NCBI RefSeq assembly: GCF_054482525.1
Contig: NZ_CM137006.1
Length of the DNA: 64,000 nt
Strand: one strand, 5' to 3'
In this document: positions 63,527 through 64,000 of the stretch, in pieces
How the letters are laid out: each line of letters opens with the position of its first letter
Position numbering within the stretch: position 1 is the first letter of the stretch
Translations under genes and position numbers: made by a program
Notes under the pieces: model-generated
What the model saw: the letters and a program-made list of their open reading frames with translations, nothing else
Databases searched by the model: none
What the model was told of the DNA's origin: nothing

Positions 63527-64000
63527 ATGGAACATAAGCCTACCATCCGGGTGTTAGAGATACTGGAAGCACTGGCAGCGGAGAATCAGGGTGTTTCATT
63601 AACTCACCTTTCGGAAAAAACAGGCATCCTGAAAGGAACGATTTTTCCCATCCTCAAAACGCTGGTTGAACAGCGGTACATCAGTTATGACGCTAATACC
63701 CAGCTTTATAATCTGGGGATCTCCTGCTCGATTCTGTCCCGTGCTTTCCTCGACAGATCGTACTGGTTAAAAATGGTTTACAAAGAGATGAACAACATTG
63801 TCAAAGAGTGCAATGAAGTTTGTCAGATGGGGATCCTGGACGGTGCAGATGTTTTATATATCAATAAGGTGCAGGCGGCACAAACCGTACAACTGGTTTC
63901 ACATATTGGGACTCGTCTGCCTGCTATCTATTCTGCGCTGGGAAAAGCCATTATCTGTGAATACAGTGATCAACAAATTCGGCAACTCTACCCTGACGGT
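63527..64000 (+). CDS. IclR-family transcriptional regulator, N-terminal 158 codons (3' end outside window)
   Basis: ATG at 63527; N-terminal winged HTH typical of IclR regulators; divergent from the catabolic genes. Confidence 0.7.
   Translation, partial: MEHKPTIRVLEILEALAAENQGVSLTHLSEKTGILKGTIFPILKTLVEQRYISYDANTQLYNLGISCSILSRAFLDRSYWLKMVYKEMNNIVKECNEVCQMGILDGADVLYINKVQAAQTVQLVSHIGTRLPAIYSALGKAIICEYSDQQIRQLYPDG

Overview
This window is a stretch of Escherichia coli chromosome colinear with the K-12 96-94 min region, running from treB through yjfI (recognised from gene order and protein sequences; no search was run). About 60 core genes can be assigned with high confidence, including the nrdDG, ytfQRT-yjfF, tamAB, rpsF-priB-rpsR-rplI and ula loci. 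Four segments look strain-specific against my memory of the K-12 reference: (1) a RelB/RelE-like toxin-antitoxin pair between nrdG and an intact cybC; (2) a 1432-bp IS3-family element, IS1397-like, inserted in the centre of a REP palindrome between yjgA and mpl; (3) an IS200/IS605-family element between ytfB and yjfZ, with an apparently intact TnpB and a TnpA broken by an in-frame TGA; (4) beyond yjfI, where K-12 has rlmB, an AT-rich island encoding a UxaA/GarD-family dehydratase, an ACS-family MFS transporter, a DapA/NAL-family Schiff-base lyase and a divergent IclR regulator, which runs off the window end. The island is the best candidate for an uncharacterised system (a possible sugar-acid catabolic module); the TnpB element is the second. 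No CRISPR array, prophage, rRNA or tRNA was seen. All absent-from-K-12 statements are from memory and need a database comparison.
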